Below, piece after piece: positions 1 through 7,369 of a DNA stretch of 19,468 nt. Source of the DNA: an uncultured bacterium (GTDB lineage Bacteria; Hydrogenedentota; Hydrogenedentia; Hydrogenedentales; JAEUWI01); NCBI GenBank assembly GCA_963977445.1, contig CAXBPH010000121.1, positions 1-19,468 of the forward strand, read 5' to 3'. The position numbers were made by a program, and so were the translations under genes. The notes beneath the pieces are model-generated. The model ran no database searches. It worked only from the letters and a program-made list of their open reading frames with translations, and was not told the origin of the DNA. How positions within the stretch are numbered: position 1 is the stretch's first letter; the number at the start of each line of letters is the position of its first letter.

Positions 1-221
1 TCGAGGGTCCAGTCCTTCATACCGCTCGTGCCCAGGGCGCACCCATCGCAGACGCCGTCCTTCAGTATACGGAGGGCATAGCCCAGTTCATCGCGATTTT
101 CCCAGCCGGCGCGGAAGACTTCATAGAAGTTGTTCGGGCCCTGCTCACCCAGCCCAAAGGGTACGGGACTCGCCCAATTGGAAGGGGTCCATTTTTTGTT
201 TTGCCTGGGTTTATCGCTCAT
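1..221 (-). CDS. FdhF/YdeP-family molybdopterin oxidoreductase, N-terminal part (runs off the left edge)
   Basis: Manual translation from ATG at 221 gives MSDKPRQNKKWTPSNWASPVPFGLGEQGPNNFYEVFRAGWENRDELGYALRILKDGVCDGCALGTSGMKDWTL, open to the edge. The GVCDGCALGT motif fits this family, and fdhD is nearby. Not in the ORF track. Confidence 0.8.
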   Translation of the reverse strand, partial: MSDKPRQNKKWTPSNWASPVPFGLGEQGPNNFYEVFRAGWENRDELGYALRILKDGVCDGCALGTSGMKDWTL

Positions 222-364
222 GGCCAATCCCGATGGTTAATTGACGTTGGTATGGCCAGTTTATCACAGCGCTGTCGCGACATGGTGATAGTTCAGGCCC
301 GGAAATCAGGCGTCGCAGTCGGCGATGCTTTCGGAAGTGGGAAGAGCGTTGGGTCAAGACACAA

Positions 365-552
365 ACAAGGGGTTGACCATTCTTGGTCGACATAGGGCCC
401 ATGCCGATTTTCAAAAGGCACGTAATGTGTGCCAGGTGGCACATACTCCCAAGGTGTTTTCCTTTGGTCTCGGAGGACACATTACCATCGCGGTATGGGG
501 CTGTGAATATTTCCGTGCCCATTGTGTCGACCAGGAATGGTCAACCCCCTGT
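365..552. repeat. 188-bp element with 28-bp terminal inverted repeats (MITE/REPIN-like element or structured RNA)
   Basis: 365-392 ACAAGGGGTTGACCATTCTTGGTCGACA is the reverse complement of 525-552 TGTCGACCAGGAATGGTCAACCCCCTGT (26/28). Internal stems at 398-406/491-499 and 422-430/477-485. Confidence 0.75.
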
Positions 553-627
553 GTTGCCCGTTACGCTGGATTCCTGTGCCTTTTTATTTGGTGCCCGAAC
601 CACCGATAGCCGACACGGGTAGTACCT

Positions 628-1209
628 TTATTTCGGCCAGGCCGCCATCGTGAGATCGATGATTTGGTAAAGTTGCGCCCGGGTGGCACCACTGGCACTC
701 TCTACGGCCATCCCGCGAACGACGACGGTGATGTAGCGCGCCAGATCCGCAGCGTTCACTTTCGGGGACAGGTCGCCATCCGACTGGGCTTGTTCGAACC
801 GTTTTCGAACGTTCGCTTCTGCCGCCGCCCGGCACTGGGTCAAGGCGTCGCGAACACACGCCGCGTCCTCACCCGTGGCGAGGGCTCCATGGACCGCAAG
901 GCAGCCGCCCGGATTGTCGGGGTGGGTGCCCAGATCGACTGCACCCCGAAGCAAGCGCTCGGCAGCTTCGCGGGCGGTAGGCGATTCCAGGGCACGCACT
1001 ATGTAGCCGGCCGGACCAGCGTTGTATCGGGCCAACGCTTTTTGAAACAAGGCTTCTTTGTTCCCAAAGGCCCCGTAGAGGCTGGGGCGGTTGATGCCCA
1101 TGGCCCGGGTCAAATCTTCCAGGGTGGTGCCTTCATAGCCCTTCGCCCAGAAGACACCGATAGCCGCGTCCAGCGCGGAGTTTTCATCAAATTTTCGGGG
1201 TCTCGCCAT
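628..1209 (-). CDS. TetR/AcrR-family transcriptional regulator
   Basis: MARPRKFDE...FWAKGYEGTT...MGINRPSLYGAFGNKEALF is a TetR HTH, with a C-terminal GGCL motif. Start placed at ATG 1209, which has a GAGGA RBS upstream, rather than at 1257. Confidence 0.93.
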   Translation of the reverse strand: MARPRKFDENSALDAAIGVFWAKGYEGTTLEDLTRAMGINRPSLYGAFGNKEALFQKALARYNAGPAGYIVRALESPTAREAAERLLRGAVDLGTHPDNPGGCLAVHGALATGEDAACVRDALTQCRAAAEANVRKRFEQAQSDGDLSPKVNAADLARYITVVVRGMAVESASGATRAQLYQIIDLTMAAWPK

Positions 1210-1233
1210 GAACAGTTCCTCTACACCATATTT

Positions 1234-1249
1234 TGTACTATAGAATACA
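1234..1249. promoter_or_regulatory. Putative TetR operator (imperfect palindrome)
   Basis: TGTACTATAGAATACA (TGTA-N8-TACA) lies in an AT-rich patch about 25 bp upstream of the tetR start. TetR proteins commonly autoregulate through such palindromes. Confidence 0.4.
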
Positions 1250-1534
1250 CTACGCAACGGAATCCATAAAAATAGCGGCCCGTCTGGAATGGGGGTGCCC
1301 GGGGAGGCAATGATGTGTTCCGCACCGTGGGGGCGTCTGGTATTTAGGGCACGAATAGGGGCGGATGCCTTGGCGCGTAAAGTCTCCGCCGAATACCGTC
1401 TCTCTGCTAAGATGAGTGCTGGTGGACTTCCAAGGCACAGGTCCAGCCAACGATAAGGGCGCCTCGGGAGGACACCGGCACGCTTCCCGAGTATCTACCT
1501 GCCCGCCAAATCGAGGCAATGAAAGGATGTTTTT

Positions 1535-2590
1535 ATGATGAAATCTATCCACCTATTGAGTATGGCTACGGTGCTGATGCTTGCAGGCACGGTCTACGGC
1601 GCAGGAAGCCCCGGTGTAGAGCAAGATATTCAGACCTTCCTTGAGGCCCTGGAAGCGGGTGGCGGTACCCCCATGGAAGAGCTCTCCCCCGAAGCCGCCC
1701 GGGCCGTATTGGAAGGGGCACAAAAGAGCGTTGAACTCGAGTTGCCCGAAGCGCTGGTCCACGAGAAGAAAATCACCGTCGACGGCGAAGAACTCCTTCT
1801 ACACATTGTGCGGCCCAAGGGTGCACGGGGTGTACTGCCCGCCTTTATGTTTTTTCACGGCGGTGGCTGGGTCCTCGGTGACTTCCCGACCCACGAACGC
1901 CTGGTGCGCGACTTGGTGGTGGCCTCGGGTGCCGTGGCCGTTTTTGTGAACTACACGCCTTCGCCGGAGGCGCAATACCCCGTTGCCGTGAACCAGGCCT
2001 ACGGGGCGACCCTGTGGGTGGCTACCCATGGCAAGGAGATTATGGTCGATGGAACCCGCCTCGCCGTGGCCGGAAACAGCGTGGGGGGCAACATGGCCAC
2101 TGCCGTCGCTCTCATGGCCCAGGAAAAACACCTGCCGAAGTTGGCCTTTCAATTGCTACTCTGGCCTGTAACCGATGCAAGCTTCGACAACGAGTCCTAC
2201 ACCACCTATGCCGAAGGTCATTTCCTCACCCGGAACATGATGCTGTGGTTCTGGGACAACTACACCACCGACGAAGAAAAACGGGCAGAAATCTATGCGT
2301 CCCCCTTGCGTGCCGAGTTGGCCCAGCTGGTGGGCTTGCCCCCGACCTTGATTCAAGTCGCGGAATTTGACGTACTGCGCGATGAGGGCATCGCCTATGG
2401 CCGTAAGCTCGATCAGGCGGGCGTGGACGTTACCACGACAGAATATAAAGGCATGATCCACGACTTCGGCTTGCTCAATCCCCTCGCCCACGTAGCAGGG
2501 ACGCGGTCCGCCATGGTGCAGGCCGGGGCGGAGTTGCGGGCCCACTTGAAAGAAGTAGACCTAACCGACAAGCAACCTACGGCCAAATGA
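1535..2590 (+). CDS. Secreted alpha/beta hydrolase, HSL-family (family IV) esterase/lipase
   Basis: HGGGW oxyanion motif, GNSVGG nucleophile elbow, catalytic Asp region EFDVLRDEG and His region GMIHDF. Signal-peptide-like N-terminus ending VYG-A. AAGGA RBS. Confidence 0.92.
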   Translation: MMKSIHLLSMATVLMLAGTVYGAGSPGVEQDIQTFLEALEAGGGTPMEELSPEAARAVLEGAQKSVELELPEALVHEKKITVDGEELLLHIVRPKGARGVLPAFMFFHGGGWVLGDFPTHERLVRDLVVASGAVAVFVNYTPSPEAQYPVAVNQAYGATLWVATHGKEIMVDGTRLAVAGNSVGGNMATAVALMAQEKHLPKLAFQLLLWPVTDASFDNESYTTYAEGHFLTRNMMLWFWDNYTTDEEKRAEIYASPLRAELAQLVGLPPTLIQVAEFDVLRDEGIAYGRKLDQAGVDVTTTEYKGMIHDFGLLNPLAHVAGTRSAMVQAGAELRAHLKEVDLTDKQPTAK

Positions 2591-2610
2591 ATACCCCGTG
2601 CGCCGATAAT

Positions 2611-3414
2611 TCAGGACAGTAATCCCGGGCGACTGTACACCGTCGCCCGTCCATCACGGCAGAAGCCCACGACACACATGCCGAAACGTTCGCCCATTTC
2701 CACCGCCAGCGAAGAGGGGGCGGAAACGGCGAGGAGGTAGGGCCAACGGGCCTGATAGGCCTTGTAGACAATTTCATAGGAGAGCCGTCCACTGACCACA
2801 ACACCCACGGCCTCGTCCAGTCGTCCCTGGGTCAACAAGTCGCCGATGACCTTGTCCACCGCATTGTGGCGGCCAATGTCTTCATGGGCGGCGCGCACCA
2901 GGCCGTCGGCGCTGAACGCCATGGCCCCGTGAACGCCCCCAGTCTCCGCGAAGAGCGGTTGGTGGTCGACCAGCCGTGCCACTAAAGACTGTAGGGTCGG
3001 CACATCAAGGCGGGATGGGGGTACGGGAAGGACCGTCGCCCCCGTCATGGCGATCTCTTCTGGTTCTCGAATACCACAAAAGCCGCACGAAGCGCTGGTC
3101 ATGGAAGAGCGACGTCCCGTGATATCTTTGGCGAGGCAGGCCTCTGGTACCGCAATCTCCAGGCAACCCGTGTGGTTATTGTCTGGGTCAACCACATGGC
3201 GAAAGGTGGGGGAGACGTCTGGGTCCGTCACGACGCCCTCGGTGAAGAGGAGGCCCCGCGCCAGGAATTCATCGGCACCGGGTGTCCGTACCGTCGTCGT
3301 GTAGGCGACGCCATTCACCTTAAGTTGGAGGACGGCCTCCACAGGAAGGCAATCCGCCACGGATTTAGACCCGGTGGAAGAAAGTTGGATTGCGTTGAAT
3401 ACCTTGCTGCTCAC
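2611..3414 (-). CDS. fdhD: Formate dehydrogenase accessory sulfurtransferase FdhD
   Basis: Motifs RTPG, SASCGFCG, TGGVHGA, EDIGRHNAVDKVIG, SGRLSYEIVYKA and SAPSSLAVE. Start reassigned to GTG 3414 because the upstream extension is translated repeat DNA. Confidence 0.93.
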   Translation of the reverse strand: MSSKVFNAIQLSSTGSKSVADCLPVEAVLQLKVNGVAYTTTVRTPGADEFLARGLLFTEGVVTDPDVSPTFRHVVDPDNNHTGCLEIAVPEACLAKDITGRRSSMTSASCGFCGIREPEEIAMTGATVLPVPPSRLDVPTLQSLVARLVDHQPLFAETGGVHGAMAFSADGLVRAAHEDIGRHNAVDKVIGDLLTQGRLDEAVGVVVSGRLSYEIVYKAYQARWPYLLAVSAPSSLAVEMGERFGMCVVGFCRDGRATVYSRPGLLS

Positions 3415-3443
3415 GGGGAAAGGATAGCACAGGGCACGGGGAT

Positions 3444-3731
3444 TGGGTACAGGCACCCTCGCGCGACGATGTTGATGACGTATTCGCGGCGACGTATACC
3501 TCGTCTCGGGAATCTGTCCCCGAAAATCTGGGTAGCAAACGTGCCGCGCGATCCCGTTCGATGGGTTGGGAGGAGTTGGTATATATGGGAGGTGCCTGGG
3601 CATGTGAAAAGGGTCTGCACTGCATCCGGAAAAGGGTTCGTGCGAAGTCTCTGGGTACAGGCACCCTCGCACGACGTCGTTGATGACGCATTCGCGGCGA
3701 CGTATACCTCGGCTCGGGAATCTGTCCCCGA
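3444..3731. repeat. Two 80-bp direct repeats (3444-3523 and 3652-3731) around a 128-bp spacer, REP-like
   Basis: Unit TGGGTACAGGCACCCTCG...CTCGGGAATCTGTCCCCGA, 75/80 identical between copies. The unit ends GGGTACAG and CTGTCCCC are near-complementary. Confidence 0.9.
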
Positions 3732-5156
3732 CTACACCAACAACCCCTCAACCACCTTCCCCGCCACGTCGGTCAGTCGAAAATCCCGACCCTGAAAACG
3801 GTACGTCAGCTTCTCGTGTTCCATACCCAGGCAATGCAAGACCGTGGCCTGGAAGTCATGGACGTGTACCGGGTCTTTCACCACGTTGTAACCGAAGTCG
3901 TCGGTGGCCCCGTGGACGATGCCCGGTTTGATGCCGCCGCCTGCCATCCACAGCGTGAAGGCCCGGGGATTGTGGTCCCGGCCCATACTTTCGGCGGTGA
4001 CCGTGCCCTGAACCATAGGCGTGCGGCCAAACTCGCCGCCCCAGATAACGAGGGTCTCGTCGAGGAGTCCCCGCTGTTTCAAATCCTTCACCAGTGCCGC
4101 TGCAGGCTGGTCTATCTGTGCGGCCGTCACGGGCAGGTCGCCGATGAGGTTCTGTTTGCCGGAGCCACCATGGTGATCCCACCCGGTGTGGAACAGCTGT
4201 ACGAAGCGCACGCCCCGCTCCACAAGACGACGGGCCAACAGGGCATTATTCGCGAAAGAGGTTTGTCCCGGTTCCACGCCATAGGCTTCGCGAACCGATT
4301 CGGGTTCGCTGGCGATGTCCATGAGCTCAGGCACACTCGTCTGCATGCGGTAGGCCAGTTCGAAGGCTTCAATGCGGGTCGCGATTTCCGGGTCACCCAC
4401 GCTGTCGTACTGCCACTGGTTCATCTGATTGATGGCATCGATGGTGGTGCGGCGACGGGCGGCGTCCATGCCTTCGGGGTTGTTTACAAAGAGGACCGGG
4501 TCTCCCTGGCTGCGAAATTGAACGCCCTGGTGCGTCGAGGGCAGGAAACCATTGCCCCAATAACGGCTCTGGATAGGCTGGGTGCCCTGGCCGGAAGTGA
4601 GCACCACAAAGGCGGGTAGGTCTTCATTTTCCGTGCCGAGACCATAGCTCGCCCACGCGCCCATACAGGGACGTCCCGTGAGGGGGGAGCCGCTGTTGAG
4701 ATAAGTCACCGCCGGGTCGTGGTTGAATTGTTCCGTATACATGGAGTGAACCACCGCGATGTCATCGGCGATGGTGGCAATGTTGGGGAGGAGCTCGCTG
4801 AACCACGCACCGCTCTGGCCGTGTTGGGCAAACTGCCACCGGGTGCCGCCGAGATTGGGCACGCCCTTGAGGAACGCAAAGCGCTGTTCCATGAAGGATT
4901 CGGGCACGGGTTCCCCATCGTGCTTGACGAGATAGGGCTTGTAGTCATAGAGGTCGAGGTGAGAGGGCGCCCCCGACATGAACATGTAAATGACATGCTT
5001 CGCCTTGGGTGCGAAATGGGAGAGCCGCTCGTTGACCGCAGCCTCGCTCTTCACCCCAAGCAGCGAGGCGAGTGCGGCAACACCCACCCCCGTAGCCGAA
5101 CGATTGAAAAATTGCCGCCGGGTGATGGCTTTTTGGTAGGCGAGGTCGGGGTTCAC
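3732..5156 (-). CDS. DUF1501 domain protein (Tat-exported, sulfatase/alkaline-phosphatase-like fold), copy 1
   Basis: TRRQFF twin-arginine signal. Motifs KAKHVIYMFMSGAPSHLDLYDYKP, ARRLVERGVRFVQL, WDHH, WGGEFGRTP, GRDH and RLTDV. Confidence 0.92.
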   Translation of the reverse strand: MNPDLAYQKAITRRQFFNRSATGVGVAALASLLGVKSEAAVNERLSHFAPKAKHVIYMFMSGAPSHLDLYDYKPYLVKHDGEPVPESFMEQRFAFLKGVPNLGGTRWQFAQHGQSGAWFSELLPNIATIADDIAVVHSMYTEQFNHDPAVTYLNSGSPLTGRPCMGAWASYGLGTENEDLPAFVVLTSGQGTQPIQSRYWGNGFLPSTHQGVQFRSQGDPVLFVNNPEGMDAARRRTTIDAINQMNQWQYDSVGDPEIATRIEAFELAYRMQTSVPELMDIASEPESVREAYGVEPGQTSFANNALLARRLVERGVRFVQLFHTGWDHHGGSGKQNLIGDLPVTAAQIDQPAAALVKDLKQRGLLDETLVIWGGEFGRTPMVQGTVTAESMGRDHNPRAFTLWMAGGGIKPGIVHGATDDFGYNVVKDPVHVHDFQATVLHCLGMEHEKLTYRFQGRDFRLTDVAGKVVEGLLV

Positions 5157-5160
5157 TGAA

Positions 5161-5517
5161 TTATTCCCATTCTTTGATATGACGGGGTGGGTCCATATCG
5201 TCCTTCAGAATACGTAGTACCAGGACAAGACCGTCATACTTCAATGTGTATAAGATGAGATGGCGCGGGCTCCTGACCCGAGTTCCACTGCGTCGCTTGC
5301 TGTATTCGATGTGATAGCTTCTTACCAACGTGCCGTACTCAGGGTGGTTGCGACTTGTCGGCCGTTCCGGATCCTCTTCGATGTCGTCCAACGCACAATG
5401 TATCAACGAAGTATATTCAACCGCTTGCTCAAGGTCGTACGTTTTGGCGGTGTAGGCCCAGATGAGAATCAAATCCTCGTCCGCTTCGTCACTTAACTTC
5501 AGAAGACGGTCCATCAT
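5161..5517 (-). CDS. parE: Type II TA toxin, ParE/RelE family
   Basis: LKLSDEADEDLILIWAYT...EQAVEY...P...HLILY...VLVLRIL...MD ParE pattern. Overlaps the 3' end of the upstream antitoxin gene by 29 nt. Confidence 0.88.
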   Translation of the reverse strand: MMDRLLKLSDEADEDLILIWAYTAKTYDLEQAVEYTSLIHCALDDIEEDPERPTSRNHPEYGTLVRSYHIEYSKRRSGTRVRSPRHLILYTLKYDGLVLVLRILKDDMDPPRHIKEWE

Positions 5518-5806
5518 TCACCTTCGATAAGCGCTCGAGTCCACGACGATTCACATCTTCGAAGTAGGCCACACGTTTCTCTCTGGTGCTAATATCAATG
5601 TAGCGCCCCGCCTCGTAATCGTCGAATCCCTTCTTTAGTTCGGAGCGAACATACTCGACACGCGCTTGCCGTTCCTCTTGAAGGGTCTCGAGAAGTCGTA
5701 ACGCTTCACCAATGACGTCACCAGCGTCATTGAAGTCGCCCGAGTCTACACTTCTCCTAACAAACTCGAATTGAGCGTCCGAGAGTTTTATTGTCTGTGT
5801 GGGCAT
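5489..5806 (-). CDS. parD: ParD-family ribbon-helix-helix antitoxin, copy C (cognate to parE 5161-5517)
   Basis: MPTQTIKLSDAQFEFVRRSVDSGDFNDAGDVIGEALRLLE is a ParD RHH pattern, followed by an acidic GFDDYEAGR segment. Start at ATG 5806 with AAGGA upstream. Confidence 0.85.
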   Translation of the reverse strand: MPTQTIKLSDAQFEFVRRSVDSGDFNDAGDVIGEALRLLETLQEERQARVEYVRSELKKGFDDYEAGRYIDISTREKRVAYFEDVNRRGLERLSKVNDGPSSEVK

Positions 5807-5866
5807 TTTGTGATATTTCCTTGTCCAGACTGCGTTTGTTCGCGAATACATACCAAGACGCGTCCG

Positions 5867-6202
5867 TCAGCTACATTCCAAGCGGGCTTCCGTCTCGGAA
5901 ATCAATTCCGCACGTATTCTGTCCAATTTTTCCAACCGTCTTTTTCGGATCTCTTTGCGCAGGGCGTCGAAATCTTCTTCTGTGTTGAGCTCCGTGTAGC
6001 GCCCCGCTTCTAAATCATCGAGGCTCACCTGCAACTCACCGCGAAGGTACTCGATTCGGGCCAGATGCTCGTCCTTTTGCTCCTTCAACAGGCGCAACGC
6101 TTCACGGACCAGTTCGCTGGCGTTGTTGTAGTCGCCAGACGCCACGCTCAGACGGATAAACTCGGCTTGGGCATCGGTGATATTTACGTTTTGTGTAGGC
6201 AT
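5867..6202 (-). CDS. parD: ParD-family RHH antitoxin, copy B (no directly adjacent toxin)
   Basis: MPTQNVNITDAQAEFIRLSVASGDYNNASELVREALRLL is a canonical ParD RHH, followed by LDDLEAGRY. Confidence 0.88.
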   Translation of the reverse strand: MPTQNVNITDAQAEFIRLSVASGDYNNASELVREALRLLKEQKDEHLARIEYLRGELQVSLDDLEAGRYTELNTEEDFDALRKEIRKRRLEKLDRIRAELISETEARLECS

Positions 6203-6237
6203 GTTTAGATTATCTCAGGATTGGCAATCTTTGTCAA
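6203..6237 (-). promoter_or_regulatory. Sigma70-type leaderless promoter with overlapping operator palindrome for parD copy B
   Basis: Minus strand reads TTGACA (6232-6237), 17 nt, GATAAT (6209-6214), 6 nt, ATG. The palindrome TTGGCAA-TCT-TTGTCAA (6221-6237) overlaps the -35 box. Confidence 0.7.
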
Positions 6238-6284
6238 TTGGCCGTATGTGGTACCCTGTTGTGTGTCCGAGCGCCAATTGTTTG

Positions 6285-6322
6285 TGGCGTATATTGCCAA
6301 TTTATGCCATCCGTGGTACCTT
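6285..6322 (+). promoter_or_regulatory. Putative promoter/operator of the plus-strand parD-parE pair
   Basis: TTGCCA (6294-6299), 17 nt, TACCTT (6317-6322) with an extended TG. Near-palindrome TGGCGT-ATA-TTGCCA at 6285-6299. Confidence 0.5.
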
Positions 6323-6355
6323 AGGCATAGGATTTGTCGCGGAAAGGAAACGGTA

Positions 6356-6583
6356 ATGCCCAGTAGTTTGAATCTGTCTCTTACCGACGAGTTGCGTCGC
6401 TACGTCGATAGTCGCGCGGGTGATGGAGACGTGTATGCGACTCCGAGCGAGTACATTCGCGATCTCATTCGACGCGACATGGAGGATTGGGCAATCGTCC
6501 GCGATGTATGCCAAGGCTTGACGGAAGCCCGCAGCGGCCAGTTCGCCGAAGAGAGCATTCTCGACATTCTCCATGAGGCGTAG
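6356..6583 (+). CDS. parD: ParD-like RHH antitoxin, copy D (divergent subfamily)
   Basis: MPSSLNLSLTDELRRYVDSRAGDGDVYATPSEYIRDLIRRD is an RHH pattern. AAGGA RBS before ATG 6356. Ends 8 nt before the toxin gene. Confidence 0.85.
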   Translation: MPSSLNLSLTDELRRYVDSRAGDGDVYATPSEYIRDLIRRDMEDWAIVRDVCQGLTEARSGQFAEESILDILHEA

Positions 6584-6591
6584 GGGACACC

Positions 6592-6957
6592 GTGGCAAGG
6601 AAGAAGCCGTACCTCCTCACGCCGACGGCGCGAAGGCATTTGCGTGAAGCGAAAGCGTGGTCGTTGCGTCGTTGGGGGCCCAAAATCACCGAAGCCTACT
6701 TCATCGAGCTCGACGAGGTAGCGAGGCGACTCGCGAGAGATTTCAGAATCTACCGATCGCGCGAGGAACTAGCGGGGGGAACGGGCTTGTTGCTCCACCC
6801 GGTTCGGGAGCACTACCTGGTCTTCGAGCCGTTGGGTAAAAGCCAGATCATTATTGTTGCGGTGCTTCGTCAGACTCGCGATATTTCGGCTATACTGAGC
6901 AAGGGCCAACACCTCATTGGTCGCGAGTTGAAAGCGTTGCGTGAGTCTCTGGATTAA
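6592..6957 (+). CDS. parE: Type II TA toxin, ParE/RelE family
   Basis: YLLTPTARRHLREAKAWSLRRWG...AYF...REHYLVFE...IIIVAVLRQTRD ParE pattern. GTG start with a GGGG RBS. Confidence 0.85.
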   Translation: MARKKPYLLTPTARRHLREAKAWSLRRWGPKITEAYFIELDEVARRLARDFRIYRSREELAGGTGLLLHPVREHYLVFEPLGKSQIIIVAVLRQTRDISAILSKGQHLIGRELKALRESLD

Positions 6958-7019
6958 TCCTTTTTCGCGCAACTGTATCTGGGAATCCGCGCGCTGGGCA
7001 GCCTCGGGCCTCCCAGACG

Positions 7020-7334
7020 CTACACCATTCGTCGGGTGATATGGAGACACTCATCTGGGTGATGGGGGCCCCGACGGTTTACATCTTCGAAATATGCGGC
7101 CCGTAGTTCTTTTGTACTGATATCGACGGTGCGGCCTGCGACTCGGGCATCATAACCCTTTTGAATTTCAGCGCGCAGGCTGTCCACCCTGGCTCGTTGT
7201 TCTTCTTGTTGTACTTTCAACAGACGCAATGCATCAGAGTAGAGTTCGCTGGCGTCGTTGTAGTCGCCAGACTCGACGCACAGGCGGATGAATTCGGCGT
7301 CGGTATCGGTGATATTTACGTTTTCTGTTGGCAT
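7020..7334 (-). CDS. parD: ParD-family RHH antitoxin, copy A (orphan, degenerate C-terminus)
   Basis: MPTENVNITDTDAEFIRLCVESGDYNDASELYSDALRLL. The C-terminal DISTKELRAAYFEDVNRRG matches copy C. No toxin downstream on the same strand. Confidence 0.78.
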   Translation of the reverse strand: MPTENVNITDTDAEFIRLCVESGDYNDASELYSDALRLLKVQQEEQRARVDSLRAEIQKGYDARVAGRTVDISTKELRAAYFEDVNRRGPHHPDECLHITRRMV

Positions 7335-7369
7335 GTTTAGATTATTTCAGGATTGGCAATCTTTGTCAA
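7335..7369 (-). promoter_or_regulatory. Duplicate leaderless promoter/operator for parD copy A
   Basis: TTGACA (7364-7369), 17 nt, AATAAT (7341-7346), 6 nt, ATG. 7330-7373 is 43/44 identical to 6198-6241. Confidence 0.7.

Noticed and set aside
201..622. Short overlapping ORFs 201-395, 211-522, 325-609 and 383-622
   Set aside because: No recognisable motifs. They run across the inverted-repeat element and are probably spurious.
680..698. CGGGTGGCACC inside tetR resembling the 10279-10294 IR
   Set aside because: It lies in intact coding sequence with no partner arm, so it is probably a chance match.
664..1269. 201-aa plus-strand ORF
   Set aside because: Antisense shadow of the tetR gene.
594..2612. 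Possible target-site duplication around the tetR-esterase cassette (CCCG...CCGATA near 594 and 2595)
   Set aside because: The match is too short and degenerate for GC-rich DNA.
3415..3672. 86-aa N-terminal extension of FdhD
   Set aside because: It is a translation of the repeat region, rich in Pro and Arg. A better GTG start with a promoter lies at 3414.
3444..3731. CRISPR array
   Set aside because: Only two units. The 80-bp repeat and 128-bp spacer are outside CRISPR size ranges, and there are no cas genes.
6958..7060. Remnant parE downstream of parD copy A
   Set aside because: The minus-strand translations I checked show no ParE-like pattern.
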